DNA of 63,215 nt from NCBI GenBank assembly GCA_030706785.1, contig JAUZNW010000001.1:1-63215 (forward strand), read 5' to 3'. Below are positions 19,678 through 31,124 of this stretch, piece after piece. The translations under genes were made by a program, and so were the position numbers. Under the pieces are notes generated by a model. That model saw only the letters and a program-made list of their open reading frames with translations, was not told where the DNA came from and ran no database searches. Source of the stretch: Bacteroidota bacterium. GTDB taxonomy: Bacteria > Bacteroidota > Bacteroidia > Bacteroidales > VadinHA17. Every line of letters starts with the position of its first letter. Position 1 is the first letter of the stretch.

Positions 19678-20712
19678 TTAAATGGTGCCGCAGGAGTTTC
19701 TGATAACAAGTTCAGGTGTGATATTAACCTGCCTCTTATACTTGCTGTTACCAGAGTTCTTTACTTCTGACCAGATCATATTTGCAACCTTCAGGGCCAT
19801 TCCGGTAAAGGGTTTTTTCAGGCTTGTAACAGGTGTAAACATCAGATCGAATCCGATCCCCTCTTCCATTGAAATCAAAGCAATATCCTGAGGAACACGC
19901 AGGTTCTTTTTCCTGAGGAAGGACATTATTCTGTAAACCAGATCGGAATGAAGAATAACCATCACATCAGCGCTGTATGGAGGCCGCATAAATTTCTCAA
20001 GCTCACTGAAGTCAATGTCAGAGCTGATTATATGGTTGTTCAGTTCAACATGGACAGGCTTGTTGAGACCAGTCTTCTTTCCAAGTGCCTGCCTGAGCAG
20101 TCCGACGACATCACTACCGTCATAAGTCGTATTCTTATAACTTACCAGCAGGACGTTTTTATATCCGAGCTTTTCAATATGATCGGCAACCCGCTGTGCC
20201 CCTTCAGTCATATCTGTACAAACGGTATTCAGACGAAGCATCCTGACGCATTTCTCCAGAAGGACAAACGGATATCCCGTTGATCGCAATGAACGTATTG
20301 TATAGTCATCTGCCGCATCACCGACGAGAATAAGTCCGCTGTAGAATTTTCTGAAAGCACCTACAAGACGATTGTATCTGCGGTCGTCCGGATCTTTCGT
20401 GATAACTGAAAATCCAACACCGATACTGGCAAATGCTTTCTGCAGTAAAGGAGTGATTTCATAAACAAACTGATCGTGAAGTGAAGGAACTATCATTCCA
20501 ATAACACCCGGTTTTTCATCAACAGGCAAAGTTTCCTGCGAATCCCTTGCAAGGTCAAAATAACCCATCTGTCTTGCAAGAGCAAGCACTTTTTCCTGGG
20601 TATCTTTCCTTATGCCATGCTGGTCGGCTTTGTTGTTTAAGACAAGCGACACTAAAGTGCTGGACACGCCGAGTCTCTCGGCGAGATCTTTGTTTTTGAC
20701 TTTTTTCCCCAT
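19678..20712 (-). CDS. LacI family transcriptional regulator
   Basis: N-terminal HTH KDLAERLGVSSTLVSLVLN and C-terminal RVPQDIALIS ... LVIRNS. Confidence 0.88.
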   Translation of the reverse strand: MGKKVKNKDLAERLGVSSTLVSLVLNNKADQHGIRKDTQEKVLALARQMGYFDLARDSQETLPVDEKPGVIGMIVPSLHDQFVYEITPLLQKAFASIGVGFSVITKDPDDRRYNRLVGAFRKFYSGLILVGDAADDYTIRSLRSTGYPFVLLEKCVRMLRLNTVCTDMTEGAQRVADHIEKLGYKNVLLVSYKNTTYDGSDVVGLLRQALGKKTGLNKPVHVELNNHIISSDIDFSELEKFMRPPYSADVMVILHSDLVYRIMSFLRKKNLRVPQDIALISMEEGIGFDLMFTPVTSLKKPFTGMALKVANMIWSEVKNSGNSKYKRQVNITPELVIRNSCGTI

Positions 20713-20870
20713 TTTTTCCCCAAAAATTGGATGAAATAAATTTAGGACAAATTTTCTTCTAAAACACTGCTTTAAGAAAATTTAACAAATAACCAGGCTT
20801 CTAATAAATTCAGGATATAGCGATTCTTCTAAACAATTTGCAAGTTAATAATTAAAAGTTTAGTCAGCAG

Positions 20871-22838
20871 CTATCTTTTAGGAGGCTGAATACCTCTAGC
20901 TTTTGCTGCTTCCTCAAGACGCTGCTGCCATTTTGATTTTTTGAATGGCTTCTTTTTATTCTCCTCCAGCGTGGTTAAAACTTTACTTACATCTATGAAC
21001 CTCTTTGACAAAAGGTTCTGAAGATACGTAATAACATTGGCCAGCAGATAATAATAAGTAAGTCCCGATGGCAGGTTGTTCATAATAAACATGAACATTA
21101 CCGGCATTGTATACATCATCATCTTCATACCCGGCTGATCCTGGCTCGGAGTTGAGCCTGTCATCTTCATTGTGATGATTGTGGACAGTGTCATCAGGAT
21201 AGTGAACAGGCTTATGTGGTCACCATACAGAGGTATCCTGAAGGGCAGATTGAGTATTGAATCGTATGTTGACAGGTCGGTAGCCCACAGGAAGTGCTGC
21301 TGACGCAATTCTATCGACACGGGGAAGAACCTGAACATTGCAAAAAGTATTGGAATTTGCAGGAGCTGAGGAAGGCATCCTCCCATCGGATTTACTCCTG
21401 CTCTCTTGTAAAGGTCCATGGTTGCCTGCTGCTTTTTCATTGCATCTTCCTTTTTTGGGAATTTCTTCCCAAGCTCATCAACCATCGGTTTCAGTACCTG
21501 CATTTTGGCGGTGGACTGATATGATTTAAAGGTAAGCGGCAGAAGGACTATTTTGATAATGATAGTTAGGATCAGGATTATCAATCCATAGCTCCTGATG
21601 TATCTCTCAAGCCACTTAAATACAGGAATAATAATGAATCTGCTAACCCATCCGATTATATTTTTGCCGAGGAAGACCAGCTTATCAAGCTCCATACCTT
21701 CCTTGCGCAATGTAGGTATGTCGTTGGGACCGTAATATAACCTCATGGCCATTGAGCTTGATTCAGCAGAGTTCAGGGGCACTCCTACCTCGGATGTATA
21801 ATACCTTATATATTTATTCGAAGCCGGTGTTTTGGTCGAAGTTATTGATCCGTTCAGGAAGTAATCCTTACTGATCAGAGCAGATGAAAAGAACTGATCC
21901 ACAAAGGCCACCCAGCTCAGTTTTGTTGTAATGTCCTTCTTTTCCACCTCCTTTTGCTGCCTGAGCTTGAGCCATTCAACGTCATCCTGATAATACTTAT
22001 ACTTTATATTGGTATAGTTCTCCTCATTCAGCCTTCCCTTTTCCTGCTGAGGCACATAGATCCTCCAGTCAAGCGTCACGTTGTTCTGGTTCGACCCCAA
22101 CACACTTTGTAAAGATTTGAAGGTCACATCAAAGTCGACCATGTATTTATCAGGCGCAAGAGTGTATTTGTATTCAATGTATCTGTCATTCCCTGCGGCG
22201 AGCCTGAGAATGACACTCTGTGGCTGATTTGTAACGAGATAATCTCTTTTGTCTTCCATTGGCTTAAAATAAAGCTCATTGGTCTGTATAGCTTTATTAT
22301 CGGCCGTAAAGAAATTGAAGCCGAAAACCGTGGAGTCTCCCGAGAAGAGGACTAACGGCAGGGAATCATAGGTCCTGTAATCCTTAAGGCGTGCCGAGTA
22401 TACCCTTCCTCCCTTAAGCGATATTCTCAGTTCGAGTTTATTGTTTTCAATTGTAATAAGACCTGTGTCACCTTTTATTGAGCCTCCGAATACGCCATAC
22501 TTACCTGAATCGATTACGCCTTCTGATGTAATCTTCTGTAGCTGAGCCTTTTCCGGTTCAGTTAAGCCTGTCGTGTCTTTCTTAGCCGGAGCATTGACAA
22601 ATCCGAGTTTCTGGTTGATCTCATTTACCCTGGCCACCGCGTCCGGCTGATTTGGCTTGTACCGGAGCGCATTAATATATTCTGCCCTTGCATTTTCAAG
22701 ATCTCCGGCTTTATAAAGGGAATCGGCGACAGCCATGACCTTCCTGTACGATTTGGTCATCCTGCTTCCGTTATACAGGCTGAAGCCGATAAAAATTGCA
22801 AAAATTAAAATTAAACCTGTTACTGTATTCTTATCCAT
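20871..22838 (-). CDS. yidC: Membrane protein insertase YidC with an extra TPR-like helical hairpin after TM1
   Basis: MDKNTVTGLILI, GVNPMGGCLPQLLQIPILFAMFRFFP and FLWATDLS motifs. Confidence 0.95.
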   Translation of the reverse strand: MDKNTVTGLILIFAIFIGFSLYNGSRMTKSYRKVMAVADSLYKAGDLENARAEYINALRYKPNQPDAVARVNEINQKLGFVNAPAKKDTTGLTEPEKAQLQKITSEGVIDSGKYGVFGGSIKGDTGLITIENNKLELRISLKGGRVYSARLKDYRTYDSLPLVLFSGDSTVFGFNFFTADNKAIQTNELYFKPMEDKRDYLVTNQPQSVILRLAAGNDRYIEYKYTLAPDKYMVDFDVTFKSLQSVLGSNQNNVTLDWRIYVPQQEKGRLNEENYTNIKYKYYQDDVEWLKLRQQKEVEKKDITTKLSWVAFVDQFFSSALISKDYFLNGSITSTKTPASNKYIRYYTSEVGVPLNSAESSSMAMRLYYGPNDIPTLRKEGMELDKLVFLGKNIIGWVSRFIIIPVFKWLERYIRSYGLIILILTIIIKIVLLPLTFKSYQSTAKMQVLKPMVDELGKKFPKKEDAMKKQQATMDLYKRAGVNPMGGCLPQLLQIPILFAMFRFFPVSIELRQQHFLWATDLSTYDSILNLPFRIPLYGDHISLFTILMTLSTIITMKMTGSTPSQDQPGMKMMMYTMPVMFMFIMNNLPSGLTYYYLLANVITYLQNLLSKRFIDVSKVLTTLEENKKKPFKKSKWQQRLEEAAKARGIQPPKR

Positions 22839-22872
22839 TCAATTACTATAATGTCATTAAAAAATATTCCTG

Positions 22873-24492
<1,620 letters not shown>

Positions 24493-24508
24493 TTATTATA
24501 TCGAATAT

Positions 24509-26464
24509 TTACCCACCAAGACCTGACTGGTCTATCATTTTTACTTTTTCTTCAAGAGTCTTTATCATCTTCTTTGCATTCTCGATCTTGTCCTGAACTT
24601 CCTTGATCATGGTATCGGCATTCGGTGATTTGGCGAAGAAGCCTATATTGTTTTCCCAGAGTACAATATCACTTTCCAGCTGTTTGATCTTCGTAAAGAA
24701 TTTCTCCCTTTCATTCCTTACTTTCCTTGAAGCTTTTGGATTTGATTTGAGATTGTCAAGCTTTGTTTTATACTTAAGTATGCTCTTATCCTCGTCAGCG
24801 ATTTTGAGCTTGTCAAATTCCTTGTTCAGTGCGTTTCTGTACCTGTTCGTGACCTCCTCCTTCTTATTGAACGGTACAAAGCCGATCTCTGTCCACTTCC
24901 GCTGCAGATCTTTCAGACGCTCGAAAGCGGCCTGAACATCTGATCCTGGTTCGAACTTTTCAAGTTCTTCAATAATTGCTAGCTTGGCCTTGAGGTTGTC
25001 CTCGTATGAGGTATCAAGGTTTGCAAAAAACTCAACTTTCCGGTTAAAGAAGTGGTCGCATGCCTTGCGGAATCTTCTCCATGTCTTCTCGGACTGCTTC
25101 CTTGGCACCGGCCCTATTTCCTTCCATTCTTTCTGCAGCCTGATAAGTGCGTCTGATGTGGCTTTCCAGTCAGTGCTCTCCTGAAGCGCCTCTGCCTGGA
25201 TGCACAATTCGATCTTTAGCTGAAGATTGTTTAACTGTGTTTCCTTGTTATCAGAATAGAAGTTCCTCTTCTTCTCGAAGAATGCATCGCATGCTTCCCG
25301 GAACCTCTGATAAACTTTATTATTCTGCTTCTTAGGGGCAAATCCTATTGTCCGCCACATTTTCTGCAGTGCTACAATCTTGTCAGCCTTTTCGTCAAAG
25401 TCCTTGAAGCTCTTAAGCTCCAGCTGATTGATGGATTCCACCTCCTCACACAGGGCAATTTTGGCATCGAGGTTCTTCCTCTGCTCATCCTTCTGTTTTT
25501 CGAAGTATTCGTGATGTCTTTTGTTAATCTGGGATGTTGCTTCCTTGAATCTTTCCCAGATCTCATTCTTTGATTCCTGTGGAACAGGTCCGATCTCCCG
25601 CCACTGATTATGATAATCCTGCAAAGCCCGGAAAGCGTTTACGGGATTGGGTTCAAGCAGCAGCTCCTCGGCTTTTTCACAAAGGATGACTTTTGCTTCA
25701 AGGTTCTTTTTCAGATCAAGATCTCTGAGCTCCTTGTTTATCTTGATATAATCATAGAAAACCTCGACACCGTGGTGATAGTTTTCCCACAGGTCCTTCA
25801 GTGATGACTGCGGAACAACGCCAATCGAGTGCCATTCGTTCTGCAGCGCCCTGAAATCGTGAAAGGTTTTGTTAATGGATTCCTCACGGTTGACAAGATC
25901 CTTGATCTTGTCGATTATATCGTATTTCTTCTTAAGATTTTCGTATTTCTCGGCTTCCTGGACTCTGTTGAAGTCGTTCTTTCTCTCCCTGTATTTTTCG
26001 AGAAGCTCCTTTACCCGGTAATCCAGCGGATCGACCCATATCTTGTAGTCTTCAGGCTTACCACCGCCTTCAAGGAATTTACTCTTTCTCTCTTCAGTAT
26101 CTTGCTTCAGTTTTTTATAAAAGAGGGCCTTGATCCGCTCCACATCATTGCGGATCTCTGAAGGAGGCCTGTTTTCGATAATCAGGGCGAGTGTCTCGAC
26201 CAGTTCATTTTTTGAAAAGCCTGAATAGTCAACAGGAGGCAGTTCAATTTCGTCCAGTTCTCTGAATTCCTTTGAAGCAGAAGATGGCTCCACCTCATTC
26301 TCCCTTACTACCTCTTCTTCTTCCTTTGCCTCTTCTATCCGGGATTCAGTTTTTTTCTCCTTTTTCGCTTTTTCAGCCTTTTTAGCTTCTTCCGTACCGG
26401 CCGCATCTTCATTTGCGCCGTGCTGTTCATCCAGAACAGGGTCCTCCGGATTTTCCTTGATCAT
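24509..26464 (-). CDS. DUF349 repeat coiled-coil protein
   Basis: Repeated W..IGPVP....W.RF..A...FF units. Start placed at the ATG at 26464. Confidence 0.88.
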   Translation of the reverse strand: MIKENPEDPVLDEQHGANEDAAGTEEAKKAEKAKKEKKTESRIEEAKEEEEVVRENEVEPSSASKEFRELDEIELPPVDYSGFSKNELVETLALIIENRPPSEIRNDVERIKALFYKKLKQDTEERKSKFLEGGGKPEDYKIWVDPLDYRVKELLEKYRERKNDFNRVQEAEKYENLKKKYDIIDKIKDLVNREESINKTFHDFRALQNEWHSIGVVPQSSLKDLWENYHHGVEVFYDYIKINKELRDLDLKKNLEAKVILCEKAEELLLEPNPVNAFRALQDYHNQWREIGPVPQESKNEIWERFKEATSQINKRHHEYFEKQKDEQRKNLDAKIALCEEVESINQLELKSFKDFDEKADKIVALQKMWRTIGFAPKKQNNKVYQRFREACDAFFEKKRNFYSDNKETQLNNLQLKIELCIQAEALQESTDWKATSDALIRLQKEWKEIGPVPRKQSEKTWRRFRKACDHFFNRKVEFFANLDTSYEDNLKAKLAIIEELEKFEPGSDVQAAFERLKDLQRKWTEIGFVPFNKKEEVTNRYRNALNKEFDKLKIADEDKSILKYKTKLDNLKSNPKASRKVRNEREKFFTKIKQLESDIVLWENNIGFFAKSPNADTMIKEVQDKIENAKKMIKTLEEKVKMIDQSGLGG

Positions 26465-26644
26465 ATCCAATCCTTTAAGGTTCAATATCTTCAAAAAAAC
26501 TCCCTTCCATGCCAGGGCATGAAATTTTCAGAGTACGAAAATATTGAATTATTTATTAAAACTCAAAGTTTTAGAAAAATAGATTATCAGTAAATTTGGG
26601 GATCGTCAAATGGTAATTTTCTCAGGATATTAAATACATATAGT

Positions 26645-26818
26645 ATGACCAGCAAAGACATTATTTTATACGCAGTCATAATTGCAGCTGTGGGCTTCAG
26701 CCTTTATAGGAGGTATGTTAAAAGTAAACAAGGAAAACCCGGCAATACCAGCCAGGCCCAGGGTACTTCTTTCCCATCATCGAAAGATGATGAGTATGAA
26801 CCATACTCGAAGAAGTAG
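26645..26818 (+). CDS. Small single-TM protein, 57 aa (not in the ORF track)
   Basis: MTSKDIILYAVIIAAVGFSLYRRYVKSKQGKPGNTSQAQGTSFPSSKDDEYEPYSKK; hydrophobic N-terminus followed by basic residues; TAAATTTG box at 26591-26598. Confidence 0.65.
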   Translation: MTSKDIILYAVIIAAVGFSLYRRYVKSKQGKPGNTSQAQGTSFPSSKDDEYEPYSKK

Positions 26819-26913
26819 TTGGTTATAGGTGATTGGTGATTGGTGATTGGTGATTGGTTGTTGGTTGAAGGATCGAATGTAAAAACCTAATATCCAATAA
26901 CTAATAACCAATA
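26819..26913. repeat. Heptamer tandem repeats (TTGGTGA)n followed by roughly complementary (ACCAATA)n
   Basis: Seven units at 26819-26867 and four units at 26886-26913, between convergent genes. Confidence 0.75.
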
Positions 26914-26919
26914 TCCTTA

Positions 26920-28209
26920 TCATCTCCTGTTCCTGGAAATAAGATAGCGCATAGGATAGAAGATCTTCTGCAGCAGTCGAAGGTCCTCAGTTATTATTTC
27001 AGCTGTACCCTGCATGTTTTGTGTAAATTCGAGCTTTTTCCCGTAAAGGGTCACCAGGCCTGAAGGAAGTTTAAGCTCTATTATGTAGTTATCACCGGAT
27101 GGGACGAGTGATTTTGAGTTCACTATTCCTCTTACCATACCATATTGCAGGTACGGGAATCCGCTCAGCTTAATGTTCACTTCCTGACCAACTTTAACCT
27201 TACCTGACCTGTGCATCTTAAGGTTTATCCTCCCGATAAAATCTCCGGCATCAAACGGAACTATACTTAAAACCGGTTCATCCTTGGTGACTGTCTGATT
27301 CTCGCTCCAGAATTTTGTAAAAGTCACTATACCAGTCACCGGAGAGATAAGCAGATAGTTATTCTCCCAGATTTTTATCTGGGCTTTGAGGTTCATAAGC
27401 GATTCATTCAGAACAGAATAGTATTTTTCCCTCTCCTGGATTCTGGTGATCTTATAGTCCTGCAGCAATTGTCTTTTTTCAGCCAGTTCGATCGATTTCG
27501 CGGAATGGTCGAGCTTTACCTGCTGAAGATCAATATTCTGCTTGAGGAGTGACTGGCGCGATTTCTCAAGATCACTTTCGGAAAGGACACCGTTAACATG
27601 CAGCATTGAATCCCTTCCGAATTTTCTTTCCTCAAGCAACTGGTTCTCCGCAAAAAGTTCTTCCTTGACCTTCACCTTGCCGATATAAACAAGGATATTG
27701 TCAATTTCCTCAGTGAGAGAGGTGATTTTATTCCCGTAATAATCATTCAGATTATAATTATAGTAGTCCGAAAGGCTTTTCAGGAATGTGCCCCAGAACG
27801 GCTGCAACTCACCAAGCTCAGTAAAGTCCGGAAATCTTGCAAGTACAAGCTTCTCAGGATTGCTGATAGTATCAACCAGCATCTTAAGCCGGTTAACCTC
27901 ACTGATCGATGCTGCGGTCTCCATCACTGCAATCAATCTGCCCGACGTGATACTGTCCTTGTCGTTGACGTACAGGTTTTTGATCCTGCCGGTAATTTTA
28001 GACAGGAGAGTAACGGGGGGATTGACTGTTGTTATTTCGACCTGGGCAGGAACAATATCGGGATACTTAATTAACCATGCCAGGAAAACAATCAAAATGC
28101 ATACGATAAGTATGATGGTACTTCCCCATCTCAGTATCCTTCCCGGAGGGCGTCCCATTATTTCGCTTACAGGCTCTGAGTATACGATATCGTCTCTATT
28201 TTCTTCCAA
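26920..28209 (-). CDS. HlyD family secretion adaptor (membrane fusion protein) of the peptide exporter
   Basis: SEPVSEIMGRPP..ILRWG N-terminus, single TM, coiled coil, GQEVNIKLSGFPYLQYG and MQGTAEIITED. Confidence 0.92.
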   Translation of the reverse strand: MEENRDDIVYSEPVSEIMGRPPGRILRWGSTIILIVCILIVFLAWLIKYPDIVPAQVEITTVNPPVTLLSKITGRIKNLYVNDKDSITSGRLIAVMETAASISEVNRLKMLVDTISNPEKLVLARFPDFTELGELQPFWGTFLKSLSDYYNYNLNDYYGNKITSLTEEIDNILVYIGKVKVKEELFAENQLLEERKFGRDSMLHVNGVLSESDLEKSRQSLLKQNIDLQQVKLDHSAKSIELAEKRQLLQDYKITRIQEREKYYSVLNESLMNLKAQIKIWENNYLLISPVTGIVTFTKFWSENQTVTKDEPVLSIVPFDAGDFIGRINLKMHRSGKVKVGQEVNIKLSGFPYLQYGMVRGIVNSKSLVPSGDNYIIELKLPSGLVTLYGKKLEFTQNMQGTAEIITEDLRLLQKIFYPMRYLISRNRR

Positions 28210-28217
28210 CTTCAGGT

Positions 28218-30404
28218 TTAATTGCCCAGTTCAAGCTGGTTTTTTACCAGATTAAAATATGCTCCTCTTTTTTCGATAAGGGTCTGATGATCACCGGTCT
28301 CAATTATCTGACCGCTGTCAAGGACCACGATCTTATCAGCATTCCTTACCGTGCTAAGGCGATGCGCTACAATTATTACGGTCTTACCCTTGAAAAATTC
28401 TGCCAGGTTTTCGACTATGACCTTCTCGGTATTTGCATCGAGTGAATTTGTCGCCTCGTCAAAGATCAGGATCTCAGGGTTTTTATAAATTACACGGGCT
28501 ATCAGCAGCCTTTGCTTCTGTCCCTCGCTAAGGCCATGCCCTTCAGAACCGATCTTTGTATTGTAACCGAGAGGAAGTGACTCGATAAGTCCCCTGATAT
28601 TGGCTGTTTCAGCAGCCTTTACCATCATTTCTTCATCTACCGGTGATGAACCTGGTGCTATGTTCCCGGCAATCGTGTCAGGGAACAGATAGCCATCCTG
28701 CATAACAGCCCCGACCTTTTCACGCCATAGCTTCAGACTTATATTAGAGAGACCGGTTTCGCCGACCATTATTTCACCCTTGACCGGCTGATAGAATCCA
28801 AGCAACATTTTCAGAAGCGTTGTCTTTCCACTTCCGCTTACACCCACTACCGCTGTCACCTTATTTTGTTCAATAAGAAGATCTGCGTCCTTCAATGCGA
28901 ATGGGGATCTTGGTCCTTCGTACTGGAACGAAAGATTCCTGACCGTTATGTTCTTGTTTTCAGGCAACCTTCTTACAAGATTCTCAGAATCAGCCTCTTC
29001 GTCTTCCATATTATGGACTTCTGCAAGCCTGTCGAGACTCATTTTTGCATCCTGCGACATCCTGAAGAAACCAATAATCTGACTCACGGGTACATTCATC
29101 TGGCCAATAATGAACTGAACTGCGAGCATCATACCAAGGGTCATGTTCCCTTTAAGGACTGCTGTTGCAGCAACTATAGTGATGAGTATATTCATGACCT
29201 CGCTGATAAATGTGGCTCCTGCTGACTGATATTGTATAAGCCTTAATCCTCTTACCTTCAGACCAAAAAGAGCTGCCTGGTGATATTCCCAGTTCCACCT
29301 CTTACTGAGCTCACTTTGCGTAAGCTTAATCTCCTGCATCCCGTTTATGATGCTGATCAGCTTTGAAACCGAAGCAGACATCTCCTTAAACCGGAGATTA
29401 TCGATCCGTGCACGTGATTTCATGAAGAGGGAAACCCAGAGAATGTACATGGCAGTGCCCACTATGAACAAGGCAACAATCTTAAGGCTGAATATTGCAA
29501 GTACGATGCCGAAAGTAACAAGATTAAAAAAGGAGAACAAGATGCTCAGACTCGCCGAGGTCAGGAATTCCTCTATCCTGTTATTGTCATCAATCCGCTG
29601 CAATATGTCGCCTGTCAGCTTTGAATCGAAGAAAGCTATCGGCAGGGCCATCAGCTTCTGAAGAAATCCTGAAATTATTGCTACGTTCACCCGTGATCCT
29701 ATGTGCAGCAGCAGCCAGCTCCGGATAAACTCGACCGACAATCTCCCGAGGACAAGCGCAAGCTGAGCAAAAAGAATAAGGTAAATAAATCCTATATCGT
29801 TATTGTTCAGACCAATATCTACTATTGATTGTGTAAGGAAAGGAATGATGAGCATTATACAGCTTCCGATCAGAAGACCGATTATCAGCTGTCCCAGATA
29901 TTTGCGATACAGCCTGAAGTAATTCAGGAGGAAGCTGAATCCCTTTTTTGTTTCCTGGTGATCTTCAATATTATAAAGGGCCGGTGTCGGTTCAATTAAC
30001 AGAACCAGTCCCGCCTTTTTACCATCTGCTATGGTGTAGGCCCAGTTTTGCTCAAATTCCTCCCGCGTATATTTTACCAGACCAGTTGCCGGATCAGCAA
30101 CCCAGATCATGCCGTTCTTTATCCTGTAAACGACAGTGAAGTGTCTTTGCTCCCAGTGAACAATACATGGCAGGGTGACTTTTTCCTCAAGAAGCTCAAA
30201 CGGAATCTTAACCCCTAATGTTCTGAATCCCAACGAATCGGCTGCCTCTGAAAGGCCCAGGAAAGATACTCCTCCCCTGGTGATAAAGCATTTCTTCCTT
30301 AAATAATCGATCGGGAAGCTCTTTTTGTAGTAACCCGCAACCATTTTAAGGCATGCAGGTCCGCAATCCATCGCATCATATTGTTTTACAAAGGGAAATA
30401 ACAT
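28218..30404 (-). CDS. Peptidase-containing ABC transporter (C39 peptidase + TMD + NBD)
   Basis: QYDAMDCGPACL (catalytic Cys), HWEQRHFTVV (His) and DPA (Asp); Walker A GVSGSGKT, LSEGQKQR and FDEAT. Confidence 0.96.
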   Translation of the reverse strand: MLFPFVKQYDAMDCGPACLKMVAGYYKKSFPIDYLRKKCFITRGGVSFLGLSEAADSLGFRTLGVKIPFELLEEKVTLPCIVHWEQRHFTVVYRIKNGMIWVADPATGLVKYTREEFEQNWAYTIADGKKAGLVLLIEPTPALYNIEDHQETKKGFSFLLNYFRLYRKYLGQLIIGLLIGSCIMLIIPFLTQSIVDIGLNNNDIGFIYLILFAQLALVLGRLSVEFIRSWLLLHIGSRVNVAIISGFLQKLMALPIAFFDSKLTGDILQRIDDNNRIEEFLTSASLSILFSFFNLVTFGIVLAIFSLKIVALFIVGTAMYILWVSLFMKSRARIDNLRFKEMSASVSKLISIINGMQEIKLTQSELSKRWNWEYHQAALFGLKVRGLRLIQYQSAGATFISEVMNILITIVAATAVLKGNMTLGMMLAVQFIIGQMNVPVSQIIGFFRMSQDAKMSLDRLAEVHNMEDEEADSENLVRRLPENKNITVRNLSFQYEGPRSPFALKDADLLIEQNKVTAVVGVSGSGKTTLLKMLLGFYQPVKGEIMVGETGLSNISLKLWREKVGAVMQDGYLFPDTIAGNIAPGSSPVDEEMMVKAAETANIRGLIESLPLGYNTKIGSEGHGLSEGQKQRLLIARVIYKNPEILIFDEATNSLDANTEKVIVENLAEFFKGKTVIIVAHRLSTVRNADKIVVLDSGQIIETGDHQTLIEKRGAYFNLVKNQLELGN

Positions 30405-30566
30405 TTCCTTACATCCGACCGTTTAGATATGGAAAGTAAAGATATTTATTATTTGATAAAAAACAGCTTACGTTATATACTTAAACAAACCATGCGCTGA
30501 CAGTTTGATACCTAACCTGTCAGGAAATGCTATATTTGTCAGTTTATTTGGGAAAAAAATCAGCGA

Positions 30567-31124
30567 TTGTTCCGTAAGATCTCAGATAGCACAATCATTG
30601 ATGGTATCCGTCAACAGGATGATAAGATACTCAACTGGCTTTATGACAACTATCTTCAGACAGTAAGGCATCACGTGCTAAAGAACAGCGGTTCTGAGGC
30701 TGATGTTTCAGATGTGTTCCAGGAATCGATAATCGCTCTTTACAGGCAGATATCGGAGGATGGTTTGAACCTGACCTCCGACCTCAAGGGATATTTTTTC
30801 GGAATCGCGAGGAATATCTGGAGTGCTCAGCTCAGGAAAAAAAACAGAAACACAGAAATTGAAATTGATATACCAGACGAAACCGATAGTGAAGAATCAA
30901 AAAATCCGGTACTCGAGAGAATTGTGAGCCGGGCATTTGCAAAGCTGAACCCGGATGCAAGAATAATACTTACTTTATTTTCTGAGGGTTTTTCCTATCC
31001 TGAGATAGCAGTAAAAATGAATCTCAAGAATGAAACCTATGCACGCCGTAAAAAATATCTCAGCAAGGAAGCTCTGATGGCCTTAATAAAGGAAGATCCT
31101 GAGTACAAGGAATTCCTGGAATGA
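30567..31124 (+). CDS. ECF-type sigma-70 factor
   Basis: Region 2 (LYDNY ... DVSDVFQESII ... YFFGIARNIW) and region 4 (SYPEIAVKMN); TTG start; TATATTTG box at 30531-30538. Confidence 0.9.
   Translation: MFRKISDSTIIDGIRQQDDKILNWLYDNYLQTVRHHVLKNSGSEADVSDVFQESIIALYRQISEDGLNLTSDLKGYFFGIARNIWSAQLRKKNRNTEIEIDIPDETDSEESKNPVLERIVSRAFAKLNPDARIILTLFSEGFSYPEIAVKMNLKNETYARRKKYLSKEALMALIKEDPEYKEFLE

Noticed and set aside
20749..20783. 10-bp inverted repeat upstream of the LacI gene as an operator
   Set aside because: AT-rich with a 15-nt spacer and no central CG typical of LacI operators; could be chance or a weak terminator.
26819..26913. CRISPR array
   Set aside because: Only 7-bp tandem units without spacers; no cas genes in the window, so the CHAT protease is not CRISPR-associated here.
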